From a virus, in IMG/VR virus record IMGVR_UViG_3300009159_000032: DNA of 64,000 nucleotides; one strand, written 5' to 3'. Below, piece by piece: positions 18,322-28,853 of this stretch. The stretch's first letter is position 1. Each line of letters opens with the position of its first letter. A program made the translations under genes and the position numbers. The notes under the pieces were generated by a model. The model had not been told where the DNA came from, ran no database searches, and saw only the letters and a program-made list of their open reading frames with translations.

Positions 18322-18573
18322 ATGATTAAAACACTTTGTCTATCATTCCTTATTCTAGTAACTGGCTGTGCAACATCTCCCAATTACAGAGTACTCACCC
18401 CATATGAAGTGCAAAATATTCCTGTGGATTGTTTTAACAAGAAACGCATTACTGCTTGGTTAGAAGACCAATTAGCCTATGCTGATCAATTTCCAAGATT
18501 GTACAATGAAAACATCGATTCAATCAAACAAAAGATGTGGGAAATACGTACTACCTGTGCTAATACTAACTAG
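18322..18573 (+). CDS. Predicted lipoprotein
   Basis: MIKTLCLSFLILVTG-C lipobox. Confidence 0.6.
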   Translation: MIKTLCLSFLILVTGCATSPNYRVLTPYEVQNIPVDCFNKKRITAWLEDQLAYADQFPRLYNENIDSIKQKMWEIRTTCANTN

Positions 18574-18841
18574 TCTAGTTGGCTGCGGTACCCAACGTAT
18601 TCCTATGAAAAATGACGATTTGGCTTCTTTCAAAGTTGACTGTTCGATTGCCGAACAACAGTTAAACTATCTAAGAGATATGAGACCAAACATCTATGAT
18701 CGCCGTGAAGCACTACAACAAAAAACCATGTTTGGTGGCTTTTCGTCAGATTACCAAAAGAATAAAGACGTTGTAACTGGAAAAATTGATTACCTGATTG
18801 ATGTAAACATTAAAGAAATTTACTACAAATGCGATCGTTAA
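18506..18841 (+). CDS. Predicted lipoprotein
   Basis: VLILTSLVG-C lipobox; start uncertain. Confidence 0.55.
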   Translation: MKTSIQSNKRCGKYVLPVLILTSLVGCGTQRIPMKNDDLASFKVDCSIAEQQLNYLRDMRPNIYDRREALQQKTMFGGFSSDYQKNKDVVTGKIDYLIDVNIKEIYYKCDR

Positions 18842-19404
18842 AATTAATTCCCTTGGTTACATCTTTAGCAGTACTGAGTGTATCTGCTCAAGAATGTATT
18901 ATGAAAGAACACATTGTTTCTAAAGAGATTGGCGTTATTGCCGATATCCGAAACATCCAGGCAGAAGTTACACCATTTGGTAAGAATCAACAAAAATGCA
19001 CAGTGACCTTAGAAGGTTTTACCAGTAACAAATGGTATCCTGCTCGAGGTGAATTTATTTGGGACGGTGACTACACACCTGCCAAGGCCTGTTCTGCCGC
19101 AGTGGATTTGGCAAAGAAAAATTTGCTCACAGGCTTAAATTCAAGTACAATAGCTAATACCAGTGTGGTGATTTGTAAAGAGCCAGAGGAAAAAGACAGA
19201 CCAATATTGAATCCAAAAGTTGGAACAATATTAGACAATTTAAATCGTCTACGTCTTAATCCGGCAAAGCCTACCTTTTACCACAAAGGTGAAGAATGTA
19301 AATGGTATTTAGAAACTGCTTGGAATGGCAAGGACATCAAACAGTTTAATGGTATTGTTTGCAGGTACGGTCCAGACAAATGGATCATTGTTGATAAGTT
19401 TTAA
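18829..19404 (+). CDS. Predicted secreted Cys-containing protein
   Basis: Signal-peptide-like N-terminus ending VSA; six Cys in the mature part. Confidence 0.55.
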   Translation: MRSLKLIPLVTSLAVLSVSAQECIMKEHIVSKEIGVIADIRNIQAEVTPFGKNQQKCTVTLEGFTSNKWYPARGEFIWDGDYTPAKACSAAVDLAKKNLLTGLNSSTIANTSVVICKEPEEKDRPILNPKVGTILDNLNRLRLNPAKPTFYHKGEECKWYLETAWNGKDIKQFNGIVCRYGPDKWIIVDKF

Positions 19405-19421
19405 CACACAGAGAGGAAAGT

Positions 19422-19550
19422 ATGACAAACTTTATTGTAGGCACAATTTTTGGAATTGCTGTCTCCACTATCGGATTTTCAGGAGTTGCTAAAATTGGCG
19501 ACCGAGCTGTAGATCAAACCAAAGTTATTATTCAGGAGACCGTAAAATGA
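19422..19550 (+). CDS. Small membrane peptide (42 aa, not in ORF track)
   Basis: GAGAGGA RBS; MTNFIVGTIFGIAVSTIGFSGVAK...; ATGA overlap with the next gene. Confidence 0.65.
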   Translation: MTNFIVGTIFGIAVSTIGFSGVAKIGDRAVDQTKVIIQETVK

Positions 19551-20143
19551 AAAAAATTGCCCTAGTTACCGCTATCTTAGCACTGACTGCCTGTTCGTCA
19601 ATGACCACTGTGCAGACAGAGAATCTCGACAAAAAGACTGTACCCACTTGGTACCTTGAGCATGATGATGTTGGTACACAACAAAAGGCATGGTACAAGC
19701 CTTGGGACCGAGAAGGCATGTATTATGCTGTAGCAGAAGATGTTAGCCCTAGCATGGAAATGGCCATGAAGAAAGCCACGCTCAAAGCCAAGGCTAAAAT
19801 TGCCGATCGTGTAAACGGTGAAATGAATAATCGTACCACTATGCGGTTAGATGAACGCGGTCCTGTTGATCGTCCGTCTGCCAACTCTCAAGCACAAGAT
19901 GTAATTGTTAACTTGATTGCAGAAAGTGTTGTCCGCACCTACGGTGTTGAAAAGAAAATGGTTATTTACAATCCAGAATTGAATAACTATCGTGCGTTTG
20001 TTATGCTGAAGATCACTAAAGAAGATGTCAGAGCAATGGCAGATCTTTATGATCAAAGCAAGCAGGTAAAACTGCAAGGACGAGTCGGCGGCAAATCTTT
20101 AGACGAAACTGCCTCAGAAGTTCTGCAACAAACACAACGATAA
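19547..20143 (+). CDS. Lipoprotein, LPP20-like
   Basis: LALTA-C lipobox; VPTWY and AMKKATLKAKAKIA patterns. Confidence 0.6.
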   Translation: MKKIALVTAILALTACSSMTTVQTENLDKKTVPTWYLEHDDVGTQQKAWYKPWDREGMYYAVAEDVSPSMEMAMKKATLKAKAKIADRVNGEMNNRTTMRLDERGPVDRPSANSQAQDVIVNLIAESVVRTYGVEKKMVIYNPELNNYRAFVMLKITKEDVRAMADLYDQSKQVKLQGRVGGKSLDETASEVLQQTQR

Positions 20144-20205
20144 TCAAGAACGCTGTTATCCATAGCTATAATAAGATAATTACAAGAATAAAATAAAAGG
20201 AACCT

Positions 20206-20916
20206 ATGAAAAACAAACCAAAGTTCAACGTGCGGCCTGCTCAAAGTAAACCTGCGTCGGCTGCACCTCAAGTACAACAGCCACAGGGCAAAACACCTTC
20301 AGTAATGATTGCTGTTCCTGCCATGGAAATGGTCAATGCTGAATTTGCACAACATCTTGCCATGGCGGCTGCTAACATGGTTGCCAACGGTATCAAGATC
20401 AACTGTGCATTTAACATTGGATCAGTTATCACTATTGCTCGACGCAACTTAGTTGACATCTTTATGAAGTCAGACTTTGATTATATCTTTTGGGTTGATA
20501 GTGATATGAAGTTTCCGATTGATGCTCCAATACGTTTATTAAAACGTAACAAAGCTATTGTTGGTGCTAACTATCGTAGACGCCGTTTTCCTAACCCTAA
20601 CTTTACGGGCATGAGAGGATCTAGTGGACAGTTTACAGAGTTTGAAACTAGAGACGATAGTCCTCCAATGGAGTTAATTGACGTACTACCGCATGGGTTG
20701 GTCATGGTACATCGTTCAGTATATGAAAAAATTCCCCAACCACATTACCTGCAAGAGTACATTCCAGAATTAAATCTAGAAATTGGTGAAGATATTTTCT
20801 TCTGCCAACAAGCTCAAAAAGCAGGTTATGAAGTTTGGTGTGATCAGGAGTTGAGTCGAGAAGTTGCACACATTGGTATCTTCCACTTTAACTACAATTT
20901 AAGTGTTCCAAAATAA
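20206..20916 (+). CDS. GT-A fold glycosyltransferase-like protein
   Basis: YIFWVDSDM DxD motif and GEDIFFC. Confidence 0.7.
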   Translation: MKNKPKFNVRPAQSKPASAAPQVQQPQGKTPSVMIAVPAMEMVNAEFAQHLAMAAANMVANGIKINCAFNIGSVITIARRNLVDIFMKSDFDYIFWVDSDMKFPIDAPIRLLKRNKAIVGANYRRRRFPNPNFTGMRGSSGQFTEFETRDDSPPMELIDVLPHGLVMVHRSVYEKIPQPHYLQEYIPELNLEIGEDIFFCQQAQKAGYEVWCDQELSREVAHIGIFHFNYNLSVPK

Positions 20917-20930
20917 CCGAAAGGCGAACC

Positions 20931-21089
20931 ATGTTCGAAAGTATTGAATTGCGTAAAGTAGAAAACGGTATAATCATTGTGCTTCGAGATGAAGAAAACG
21001 ATGAACGAGAATATGTCTATGACACTACTCGCAAAGCATTAAAATTTGTCAAAGAATTGCTAGAAGCCAAAGAGGCCAAAGTAGTTTGA
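20931..21089 (+). CDS. Small hypothetical protein (52 aa, not in ORF track)
   Basis: AAAGG RBS; MFESIELRKVENG...EAKVV*. Confidence 0.65.
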   Translation: MFESIELRKVENGIIIVLRDEENDEREYVYDTTRKALKFVKELLEAKEAKVV

Positions 21090-22075
21090 GCAAAATTTTA
21101 GTTACAGGTGGCAGTGGCTACGTAGGTAGCCATGTAGTCAGAATGTTAATCGAACATGGTTATCAACCTGTGGTTGTTGACCTCCGTGCTGATAGCAGAT
21201 TATGGGCACACCCAGAATGCCGGGCTTATCAAGGCGATGTACGAGATGCTAATATATTAAATGCTATTTCTCTTAAGCATAGAATTTCAGCTATCATTCA
21301 TTTAGCAGCTAGTTCCGAAGTTGGTCCTAGTGTAACTAATCCATTAGCCTATTACGATAACAACATTAATGGAACACGGCAAATTATACAGTTTGCCAAT
21401 TGGGAAGGTATTGGAAAAATTGTATTTTCGTCTACTTCCAGCGTCTATGGTGAAATTGATCCTAGTCAACTGCCCACCAAAGAACATTACTCGAAAAATC
21501 CTTCAACCAGTTATGGTGCCAGTAAACTGACTGCGGAGTATATGTTACGTGATGCAGAAATTGCCTACGGAATTAAATCAGTTAGTTTGCGATACTTCAA
21601 TGCCAGCGGCGCTTGGCCAGATGGTACACTAGGTGAATTTAGGGAACGTCCCACTCATCTTATTCCCAGTATACAACAAGCATATGATACCGGTAATGAC
21701 TTCACAATTAACGGTGTTGATTATAATACTTCAGACGGAAGTGCTGTGCGTGACTTTACTCATGTCTGGGATATTGCAGCCGCACACATTAACGCATTAA
21801 AATATCTTGAAGCTGGCGGCAACACTGACCAATTTAACATTGGTGCAGGTGCTGGCAAAAGTGTATTAGAAGTGGTTAACGAATACCAAGAGCAAATGGA
21901 CCAAGCACTGTTGATCAAAGTTGGATCACGTAGGCCCGGTGATATTCCTATCAATTACGCAGATATTACCAAAGCCAAAGAAGTATTAGGCTGGGAACCA
22001 AAAATGAGTGATTGTCAGTCAATAGTTAAAGACGCAATCCGTTGGTATTCTAGTGACCTTTATAAAAGTCTATGA
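21086..22075 (+). CDS. galE: UDP-glucose 4-epimerase
   Basis: TGGSGYVG, YGASK, LRYFNASGA and RDFTHV. Confidence 0.88.
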   Translation: MSKILVTGGSGYVGSHVVRMLIEHGYQPVVVDLRADSRLWAHPECRAYQGDVRDANILNAISLKHRISAIIHLAASSEVGPSVTNPLAYYDNNINGTRQIIQFANWEGIGKIVFSSTSSVYGEIDPSQLPTKEHYSKNPSTSYGASKLTAEYMLRDAEIAYGIKSVSLRYFNASGAWPDGTLGEFRERPTHLIPSIQQAYDTGNDFTINGVDYNTSDGSAVRDFTHVWDIAAAHINALKYLEAGGNTDQFNIGAGAGKSVLEVVNEYQEQMDQALLIKVGSRRPGDIPINYADITKAKEVLGWEPKMSDCQSIVKDAIRWYSSDLYKSL

Positions 22076-22431
22076 TTGAAATATTACTACTATTAGTCCT
22101 GTTACAGATTAAACACTGGCTAATTGACTTTGTTTATCAAACCGATGATATGATTAAGCATAAAGGCCTTTACGGTCATAGCGACGGTCTAGAGCACAGT
22201 CTTTGGCATGGTGCGGCTACTGTGATAATATTGATTTTGTTTACTCCAATTGAATGGGCTGTGGTACTGGCGTTTGTTGATTTTGTTGTACATTATCATA
22301 TTGATTTTATTAAAATGCGATACGGTGAAAGAGATATCACTAACAAAAAGTTTTGGCATCATCTAGGATTTGATCAAATGCTTCACCATTTAACCTACAT
22401 TGGCATTATCTATGCCTTACTGATATTATGA
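22072..22431 (+). CDS. His-rich membrane protein (DUF3307-like)
   Basis: KHWLIDF, HSLWH, HYHID and DQMLH motifs; hydrophobic helices. Confidence 0.65.
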   Translation: MIEILLLLVLLQIKHWLIDFVYQTDDMIKHKGLYGHSDGLEHSLWHGAATVIILILFTPIEWAVVLAFVDFVVHYHIDFIKMRYGERDITNKKFWHHLGFDQMLHHLTYIGIIYALLIL

Positions 22432-22946
22432 AAAAAGAATACAACATAAAAGACAAAGTTTGGATTCACATAGGTGAACGAACACTTACTGAAGGTCGTG
22501 TAGTAGAAATTATTACACTAGACCATTTAAAAGAAAATCATTGTCCTGGACATGAACTGTATGTAATAGAAATTAAAACAGGAATTGACGACGTCTACGA
22601 AGTTCGAGACTTTGATCTGATTAGTCCGGACTCTCAAGGACCAATCATGCTGTATAGGCATATAAAGAACAATACTGTCTCTGCAAACCGGTTCTTAAAG
22701 AAAGTAGGTATCATACTGCCCACAGGCGAACCTAATCCTGTGATATATGATGACTTTGACGGTGACGGACATGACGGAACGGGTTCTATCGATGACCCGA
22801 CTCCAGAACAGATACATGCCGCATTAGAACGTGCAGAACGTGAAAAGAATCAACCATTTAATTTAAACCCTCGTCCTGCAGGAAAACGTCCCAGCAAAAA
22901 ACAAACATTTACAAAGCGTAAAAAGAATGACAGCGTTAACTCTTGA
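22428..22946 (+). CDS. Hypothetical protein
   Basis: ORF coupled to its neighbours by overlapping start/stop. Confidence 0.6.
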   Translation: MKKEYNIKDKVWIHIGERTLTEGRVVEIITLDHLKENHCPGHELYVIEIKTGIDDVYEVRDFDLISPDSQGPIMLYRHIKNNTVSANRFLKKVGIILPTGEPNPVIYDDFDGDGHDGTGSIDDPTPEQIHAALERAEREKNQPFNLNPRPAGKRPSKKQTFTKRKKNDSVNS

Positions 22947-23238
22947 ACAGGTAGTGAAGGGTTGGGTCATGAGCAGTGAACAAATACCAATCAAATCTTT
23001 GATAGTAAAGGCTAAAGGTCAAGGTTGGAATCTAAGTTTCTTTGAAGACTATTCTTCAGTTGACGATGCAGGCAATCCCTATCCTAGTTCTAAATTAGAT
23101 GAACAGATTAGATGGATCACTGAGAAATTACAAGGGCAGGAAAACTGCTCAAGGCAAGCATGGAACATTTGGACATTCAAATACAAACGTGATGCTGAAA
23201 AATTTTTAACGGTATATTATTTGGTATGGGGCAGATAA
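22927..23238 (+). CDS. Hypothetical protein
   Basis: ORF; C-terminal FKYKRDA motif shared with 24395-24610. Confidence 0.55.
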   Translation: MTALTLEQVVKGWVMSSEQIPIKSLIVKAKGQGWNLSFFEDYSSVDDAGNPYPSSKLDEQIRWITEKLQGQENCSRQAWNIWTFKYKRDAEKFLTVYYLVWGR

Positions 23239-23534
23239 GATACGAATACGTTGACGAAGACGGTCAACGCACAGTAAAAGAAATATATAAAATAGTTGTT
23301 CATCAATTCAATATGGGTGATGTGGACGATCCAGACTTGTATGCGGCACAGCCAATTTGGGAATGGCAGGAAAGTGAAGCAGGAAAGTTTGTATTAGAAA
23401 ATGCTGTAGAAACACCAATTTGGCAAAGACAGCACGACAATGTGCAGTACGGGTGGCAGTACGTTATCATTGCCGAATTGGAAAAGAAAAAACTTTCAGA
23501 ATACTATCTGAGGTTTGACAAAGTTAAGATTTAG
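23226..23534 (+). CDS. Hypothetical protein
   Basis: ORF in operon context. Confidence 0.55.
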   Translation: MGQIRYEYVDEDGQRTVKEIYKIVVHQFNMGDVDDPDLYAAQPIWEWQESEAGKFVLENAVETPIWQRQHDNVQYGWQYVIIAELEKKKLSEYYLRFDKVKI

Positions 23535-23543
23535 CTGTATAAT
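23515..23543 (+). promoter_or_regulatory. sigma70-type promoter
   Basis: TTGACA-N17-TATAAT with extended TG. Confidence 0.8.
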
Positions 23544-23561
23544 AACAGCATAGGAGATAAC

Positions 23562-24404
23562 ATGGCACAACATACACATTACTGGAGTTGCAGTAAATTT
23601 GCAGATTGGATTCGCGGTACTACTAAATTAAAAATGGGTACCAGTGAGCAATGGGACGAATGGACTACTACTGCTCAAATGAAGCATAACTTCCGCTACT
23701 GGCTAGCAGAAGAAGGTCTCAGTCATCTACAAGATTTTGTAACTTGGCCTATTAGGAAATTGTATGATATCAAATATTACATCAACAATCGGTGGGTTAC
23801 TAGTACTCATGCTCTTACTGCCCACCCTCGCGATATCAAGCCTGGTAATTGGTGTGACGTGGGTTATCGGTTTTTGCCATGTCTGTTTAATTCGCTTGTG
23901 GACTTTGTTGAAATTGAACTAGCATGGTGGCATGTTGTTTGGGACGACAAAGCATATAAACAGTTTCATGCACCTTGGTACAGCCGAGGTTGGTTCCGTT
24001 GGCGTACATGGCGCAGTCCAGAAGCAGGACTTGCTAACCTAGAATGGCAGAGAAAACTTATCTATGATGATGAATGGATTGGTGCTGATGATCCTAGATA
24101 CGGAAAGCCAACACCGCAGGCTATTAGAGCACAAGAAATTCTAGACCTGTACACATGGTGGACTGTTACATATCGCAATCGTCCAGATCCACATGATGCT
24201 AGTGGTTGGAGTGCTTACTGTGATGCTATGCGTGTAAAATATCCTGGACAAATGTTGGGTGGCTTAAACAGCAAGGATGCTGAAGATCGTAAGGCCAGCG
24301 ACAAGGCTCATAAGCTACTTCAAAAGATTGAAGCCCAATATGAAAAAGAAGATGAGCAAATGATGATCCGATTGATTAAAATTCGAGACGGATTATGGAC
24401 ATGA
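23562..24404 (+). CDS. Trp-rich hypothetical phage protein
   Basis: AGGAG RBS; 280 aa. Confidence 0.65.
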   Translation: MAQHTHYWSCSKFADWIRGTTKLKMGTSEQWDEWTTTAQMKHNFRYWLAEEGLSHLQDFVTWPIRKLYDIKYYINNRWVTSTHALTAHPRDIKPGNWCDVGYRFLPCLFNSLVDFVEIELAWWHVVWDDKAYKQFHAPWYSRGWFRWRTWRSPEAGLANLEWQRKLIYDDEWIGADDPRYGKPTPQAIRAQEILDLYTWWTVTYRNRPDPHDASGWSAYCDAMRVKYPGQMLGGLNSKDAEDRKASDKAHKLLQKIEAQYEKEDEQMMIRLIKIRDGLWT

Positions 24405-24610
24405 GTCCTAGCGACAACGAAGTTATTGTAGATTGGACTCCTACAAGAGGCGACCAATGGTGGAACGAAACCTGTGCTATGGTACTGGAAGTATTTGGAT
24501 TGCCGGGACAAAAATTTGTTTACACACCAAGTACTGATTTTATGACCTTTACGTTTAAGGACAAGCGTGATGCGTTTATGTGTAGAATACTATTAAGTGA
24601 CAGAATTTAA
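24395..24610 (+). CDS. Hypothetical protein
   Basis: ORF; FKDKRDA motif. Confidence 0.55.
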   Translation: MDMSPSDNEVIVDWTPTRGDQWWNETCAMVLEVFGLPGQKFVYTPSTDFMTFTFKDKRDAFMCRILLSDRI

Positions 24611-24623
24611 CAGGAGAAAGCAA

Positions 24624-24815
24624 ATGGCAAAACTAACTAAATTAGCAAAAGTAAATGAATCAATTACTATCAATCGTTATGATAACGCATGGATGGTAGA
24701 AATTGGTGGACGTGATAAGAAAGAGGATTGGAAGACTTCCAAGACTGTTTGTAATACTGAAGAAGAATTAATTGCACTAATCAAAGAATACAACGCAATG
24801 GATTTGGACAACTAA
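24624..24815 (+). CDS. Hypothetical protein
   Basis: AGGAGA RBS before ATG 24624. Confidence 0.6.
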   Translation: MAKLTKLAKVNESITINRYDNAWMVEIGGRDKKEDWKTSKTVCNTEEELIALIKEYNAMDLDN

Positions 24816-24816
24816 C

Positions 24817-25320
24817 ATGTCGCAAGTATATCTTATTAAACCTCTAGAAAAGAAAAGCATTGTATGGCGTGTAGAAATGTTCCGCGACAATGCCGACGGT
24901 ACCACCAGTTGGTTTAATCTTGAAGATACTTATCGATGGGGCCAAGGTTTCATCGAAACAGACATGGATGTGAATTTACCCTACGAAGGTGATAATATTG
25001 CCTACGCCAAAAACGACTGCGGATGGGGAGCTGAATTAGATGACAGCGTAAGTTGCTATTTTGAATTTAGCGATGATTTGTCTGAAGAAGAAAAAAAGCA
25101 AATTGAAGAACAATACTACGCAGGCGGTGCCAGCTGGCTTTACGATGGCGAACATGATTGGCAATTTGAAGATGACAGTTTATTAATCTTTGCACCATTC
25201 CAAATTAGTCTTTGTGAAGAAGATGGTACAGTGATCGAAGAGAACGTCAAACTAAAACCAAGACCAGATCCAAGAACAAGTTGGCCATTTAGTCCAGCAT
25301 TTCCTAAACCGGAGGAATAA
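24817..25320 (+). CDS. Acidic hypothetical protein
   Basis: ORF in operon. Confidence 0.6.
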   Translation: MSQVYLIKPLEKKSIVWRVEMFRDNADGTTSWFNLEDTYRWGQGFIETDMDVNLPYEGDNIAYAKNDCGWGAELDDSVSCYFEFSDDLSEEEKKQIEEQYYAGGASWLYDGEHDWQFEDDSLLIFAPFQISLCEEDGTVIEENVKLKPRPDPRTSWPFSPAFPKPEE

Positions 25321-25535
25321 TGAATTCAGCAGAAAAGGCAAACAATATAATTTTTAGAGCCAAACATATAAGTGAATTTACAGTAATAACTGAATTGCCG
25401 GAAGGATTTCAATTCAATGGCAGAGTTCCTTTTGATATTGATATTTCCGATAATACCCTAGAAGCCAAAGTTTGGGCTATGGATTTTGATGAAGCTGTTA
25501 AGATTTTAGATGAGTACCTAGAAAGTTGTAAATGA
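25320..25535 (+). CDS. Hypothetical protein
   Basis: GGAGG RBS; TAATG coupling. Confidence 0.6.
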   Translation: MNSAEKANNIIFRAKHISEFTVITELPEGFQFNGRVPFDIDISDNTLEAKVWAMDFDEAVKILDEYLESCK

Positions 25536-26083
25536 CTGTAAGCAAAAGTCCAGAACGTCATACCTTCCAAATGGCGGGTGCAAAAAAGCGATCTGAAGAA
25601 ACTGGGACAGAAATTCCCGAGCACTATGAAAACTTATGGAAAACAGCTAAGGAACGAGACGAAGCCAATTTTGTAGATCCAGCATGGCAAAAGAATAACA
25701 TGGAATATGATCTACGTACTACACAATGGATTTTAGACAAAGTTAGGGCCAGCGATGCTTATGCTCAAAACTTGTATGCGGCCATGTGTAATATGCAGTT
25801 TGTTAAGTTAGAAGTATTACCAATTCTAAAAGAAGAACGATGGAGTGCCAGTTGGCGACACAGTGGCGGTATTATTGCTGACATGCTAGAAAAGGGCGAC
25901 TACATTGATTGGTATTGTAGTGGAATGGGCGGACTTTCTATGCAATGGGACGAAGATAAAGAAACATTTGAAGAGTGGCAAGTCCGTACTGACTACGTTC
26001 CAGAAGGCACTGTCACTGAAGAAATCAAAGAAGATTTAAAAAAATTGGGCTGGGCTCCTATAGAATGGCCAGATGATGAATAA
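25532..26083 (+). CDS. Hypothetical protein
   Basis: ORF; ATGA-type overlap. Confidence 0.6.
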   Translation: MTVSKSPERHTFQMAGAKKRSEETGTEIPEHYENLWKTAKERDEANFVDPAWQKNNMEYDLRTTQWILDKVRASDAYAQNLYAAMCNMQFVKLEVLPILKEERWSASWRHSGGIIADMLEKGDYIDWYCSGMGGLSMQWDEDKETFEEWQVRTDYVPEGTVTEEIKEDLKKLGWAPIEWPDDE

Positions 26084-26100
26084 TTTGGTAAAACCGGCTC

Positions 26101-26129
26101 TTGACAACTGCCCAAAAAAGCTGTATAAT
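26101..26129 (+). promoter_or_regulatory. sigma70-type promoter
   Basis: TTGACA-N17-TATAAT with extended TG. Confidence 0.8.
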
Positions 26130-26161
26130 TAATACATAGAAACAGCACACTAGGAGCAACA

Positions 26162-27334
26162 ATGGCTACCAAAGCACTAACAACAGCAAGAAATAACCAA
26201 AAGCGTGATTACAGTCCAAAATGGGACGGCGCTGAAACATGGAACGGAGAGCAGTTTACTTCTTACTTCCGTGACGCATTGAAATACTATCGTTTGGAAT
26301 CCAGCGGTAAAGAACTTAAACCCAAAGTTATTGATTGGATGGGCCGTAATGGCTACAACAAAAACGATATCCAATCATTTAAACAAACTGCCGATAGTCG
26401 CTGTGGTTTAACCATGGGTGCTATTGCAGCCTGCCTAATCAAAGGTATGCCTGAAGCTCATCCCGGATTTAATAAAGGACGCAACTCTGCAGATTGGTTA
26501 CGTAAAGAAATTACAGATGTAACTGCACAAGGCAAGAATGACGAAGTAGCCGAAGAAAAAGAAACCAAAGTTATCAAAACTCCTACGCAGGTCTATAACA
26601 TTCAAGACCGTATCCGTGAACAAGCAGGACAGATGACTGAAGAAATTGACGTTGCCATTGATAACTGGATTATTGATGCAGAAGCATTTGATCCAAAAGC
26701 ATTTAAAATGGTCAGCCTCCTGCGTGGTAAAGGCGCTAAAGCCGCACAAGCTCGTTACATCAAGAGTTTTTACCAACGTAGTATGGACGAACTTCATGAG
26801 TTGGCCAGCGGCAATGCTGACGAACAGTTACGTGAAGGTTACAAATATGCCGCTCGTAAGAATGTTAAAAAATTAATTGAGTTCTACGAAAGTATTATGG
26901 CTGCTTGCGAACAGATTACACAAGAAGCCAAAATACTCAAGAAGCCACGTGCTAAGAAAGCCAAACCTGCAGAAGATTTGGTCAAGAAATTAAAGTTCAA
27001 AGCCATTGACGATAAGTTAGGCGTAGTGTCAGTACCTGCCGCTGGTTTAATCGGTGCTCAGGGTGCAGTAGTCTACAACTCCAAGACTCGCAAAATTGGA
27101 GTCTATATCAGCAAAACCAGTGCTGGTTTGAACGTAAAAGGCACTAGTATTGTTGACTTTACTGAAAAGAGTTTCCAAAAGACTCTGCGTAAACCAGACG
27201 TACAATTAAAAGAGTTTAAAGAACAGAATACTCAAAAGCGTATCGAAACTTGGTTCCAAAAGATCAAGGCCACTGAGACTATACTTAATGGACGTATGAA
27301 TGCAGACATTATGATTTTGAAAGTGTTTAAATGA
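26162..27334 (+). CDS. Basic hypothetical phage protein (390 aa)
   Basis: AGGAG RBS; Lys-rich C-terminal domain. Confidence 0.65.
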   Translation: MATKALTTARNNQKRDYSPKWDGAETWNGEQFTSYFRDALKYYRLESSGKELKPKVIDWMGRNGYNKNDIQSFKQTADSRCGLTMGAIAACLIKGMPEAHPGFNKGRNSADWLRKEITDVTAQGKNDEVAEEKETKVIKTPTQVYNIQDRIREQAGQMTEEIDVAIDNWIIDAEAFDPKAFKMVSLLRGKGAKAAQARYIKSFYQRSMDELHELASGNADEQLREGYKYAARKNVKKLIEFYESIMAACEQITQEAKILKKPRAKKAKPAEDLVKKLKFKAIDDKLGVVSVPAAGLIGAQGAVVYNSKTRKIGVYISKTSAGLNVKGTSIVDFTEKSFQKTLRKPDVQLKEFKEQNTQKRIETWFQKIKATETILNGRMNADIMILKVFK

Positions 27335-27573
27335 ATATGATTTTTATACCCGTGCTTTGGGTGTGTTTAAATGCCAATTGTGAGTTTATGCAAAAAGATT
27401 GGTATTTCTTATCCGAAGCGGAATGTCAACAGGTTGTAATAGAACAGCGTAAACAAATAATTGAAATAGCCAAAAAGAATCGGGCAAAAATTGGAACTAT
27501 TGAAGGCACTTGTGTACAGGCCAAGATCAACGCTAATCGTCCAGAACAAATCGTAAATGGACAAATTTCATAG
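27331..27573 (+). CDS. Hypothetical protein
   Basis: ORF with hydrophobic N-terminus and four Cys. Confidence 0.5.
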   Translation: MNMIFIPVLWVCLNANCEFMQKDWYFLSEAECQQVVIEQRKQIIEIAKKNRAKIGTIEGTCVQAKINANRPEQIVNGQIS

Positions 27574-27618
27574 TCCTTTCTCGGGGCTAGAACGTTATAT
27601 ACATACAAAGGTGCTATT

Positions 27619-27756
27619 ATGAAAATGAACATAATTAGTCAGGTTAGAGAGTTATTAGACCGGGGGCTCGACCCGATTGAAATATCTCAAAGAATGCGTA
27701 TAGATCCGGACATGGTACGCATGGCCATAGACATCATCAATAATTTACTCACATAA
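27619..27756 (+). CDS. Small helix-turn-helix-like protein (45 aa, not in ORF track)
   Basis: AAAGG RBS; MKMNIISQVRELLDRGLDPIEISQRMRID... Confidence 0.5.
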   Translation: MKMNIISQVRELLDRGLDPIEISQRMRIDPDMVRMAIDIINNLLT

Positions 27757-27817
27757 GTTGACAACTGATCATAAAAGATGTTAAAATAATTTAACATTAA
27801 CTTTTAGAAAGATCAAA

Positions 27818-28174
27818 ATGTCGGGCTGGAATACAATCACTAGAGTTCGCAGACTTGAAGACCAAGTAGATAAACTTGGTTTTAAATTCAAGTCGCCTAG
27901 ACACGGCGACTGGGAACAACAAGAACGAAGCCTTGCCCTTGTGCCAAAAGACGCAGATGCATTACCAATATACAGTCGTGATGCTGAATTGTTTGTAGGT
28001 ACTTTGGAAGGATTGGAAACTTGGCTACACGGAGTTCGTTGGGCACGTGAATACGACATGATGTTGCGTCTCAGCGATGAAAAGAAACGTGCTCGCAAAG
28101 AACAAGACGAACGCAATCGTATCTTGCTAAAAACTATTAAAGACAGTAAAATACCAAATAGAATTAAAACTTAA
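27818..28174 (+). CDS. Hypothetical protein
   Basis: ORF after promoter TTGACA-N18-TAAAAT (27758-27787). Confidence 0.6.
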   Translation: MSGWNTITRVRRLEDQVDKLGFKFKSPRHGDWEQQERSLALVPKDADALPIYSRDAELFVGTLEGLETWLHGVRWAREYDMMLRLSDEKKRARKEQDERNRILLKTIKDSKIPNRIKT

Positions 28175-28185
28175 AAAGGAAAAAA

Positions 28186-28776
28186 ATGCTAGTACCAATG
28201 GTAATTGAAAAAACAAGCACAGGCGAGCGTGCCTTCGACATTTTCAGTCGATTGCTTAATGAACGTATTGTGTTTCTTAATGGCGGTGTTGATGACCATT
28301 CTGCCAATTTGATTGTGGCACAGTTGCTACATTTGGAAAGTCAAGACAGCGAAAAGGACATACATTTTTATATCAATAGTCCGGGTGGTGTTGTAACAGC
28401 AGGTATGAGCATTTATGATACCATGCAGTTTATCAAACCCAATATCTGTACCTATGTTATGGGTCAGGCCTGCTCTATGGGCAGTTTGTTGGCACAGGCA
28501 GGTACCGCGGGTAAACGATACATGTTGCCCTATGCTCGCCATATGATTCATCAACCCAGTGGCGGTGCTCGTGGACAGGCTACAGACATGGAAATCCAAG
28601 TAAAAGAGATCCTAAAAATGAAGAAAGAGTTGACTCAAATCTATGTAAAACATAACAGCAAAGGCAAGACTTTTGAACAGTTGAGTGCTGATATGGAACG
28701 TGATTTCTTTATGGATGCTACAGAAGCCTTAGAATACGGATTAATTGATCAAATTGTGAATAAACGACCTGAATAA
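28186..28776 (+). CDS. clpP: ATP-dependent Clp protease proteolytic subunit
   Basis: [15 protein letters not shown] (Ser), MIHQP (His) and MERD (Asp). Confidence 0.95.
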   Translation: MLVPMVIEKTSTGERAFDIFSRLLNERIVFLNGGVDDHSANLIVAQLLHLESQDSEKDIHFYINSPGGVVTAGMSIYDTMQFIKPNICTYVMGQACSMGSLLAQAGTAGKRYMLPYARHMIHQPSGGARGQATDMEIQVKEILKMKKELTQIYVKHNSKGKTFEQLSADMERDFFMDATEALEYGLIDQIVNKRPE

Positions 28777-28853
28777 TTGTTCCTGCATTACGGACGCCCT
28801 TGTGTGCTAAATATAAAAAGCACACAGGGGCTTCTTATTTACGGAACAAAACC

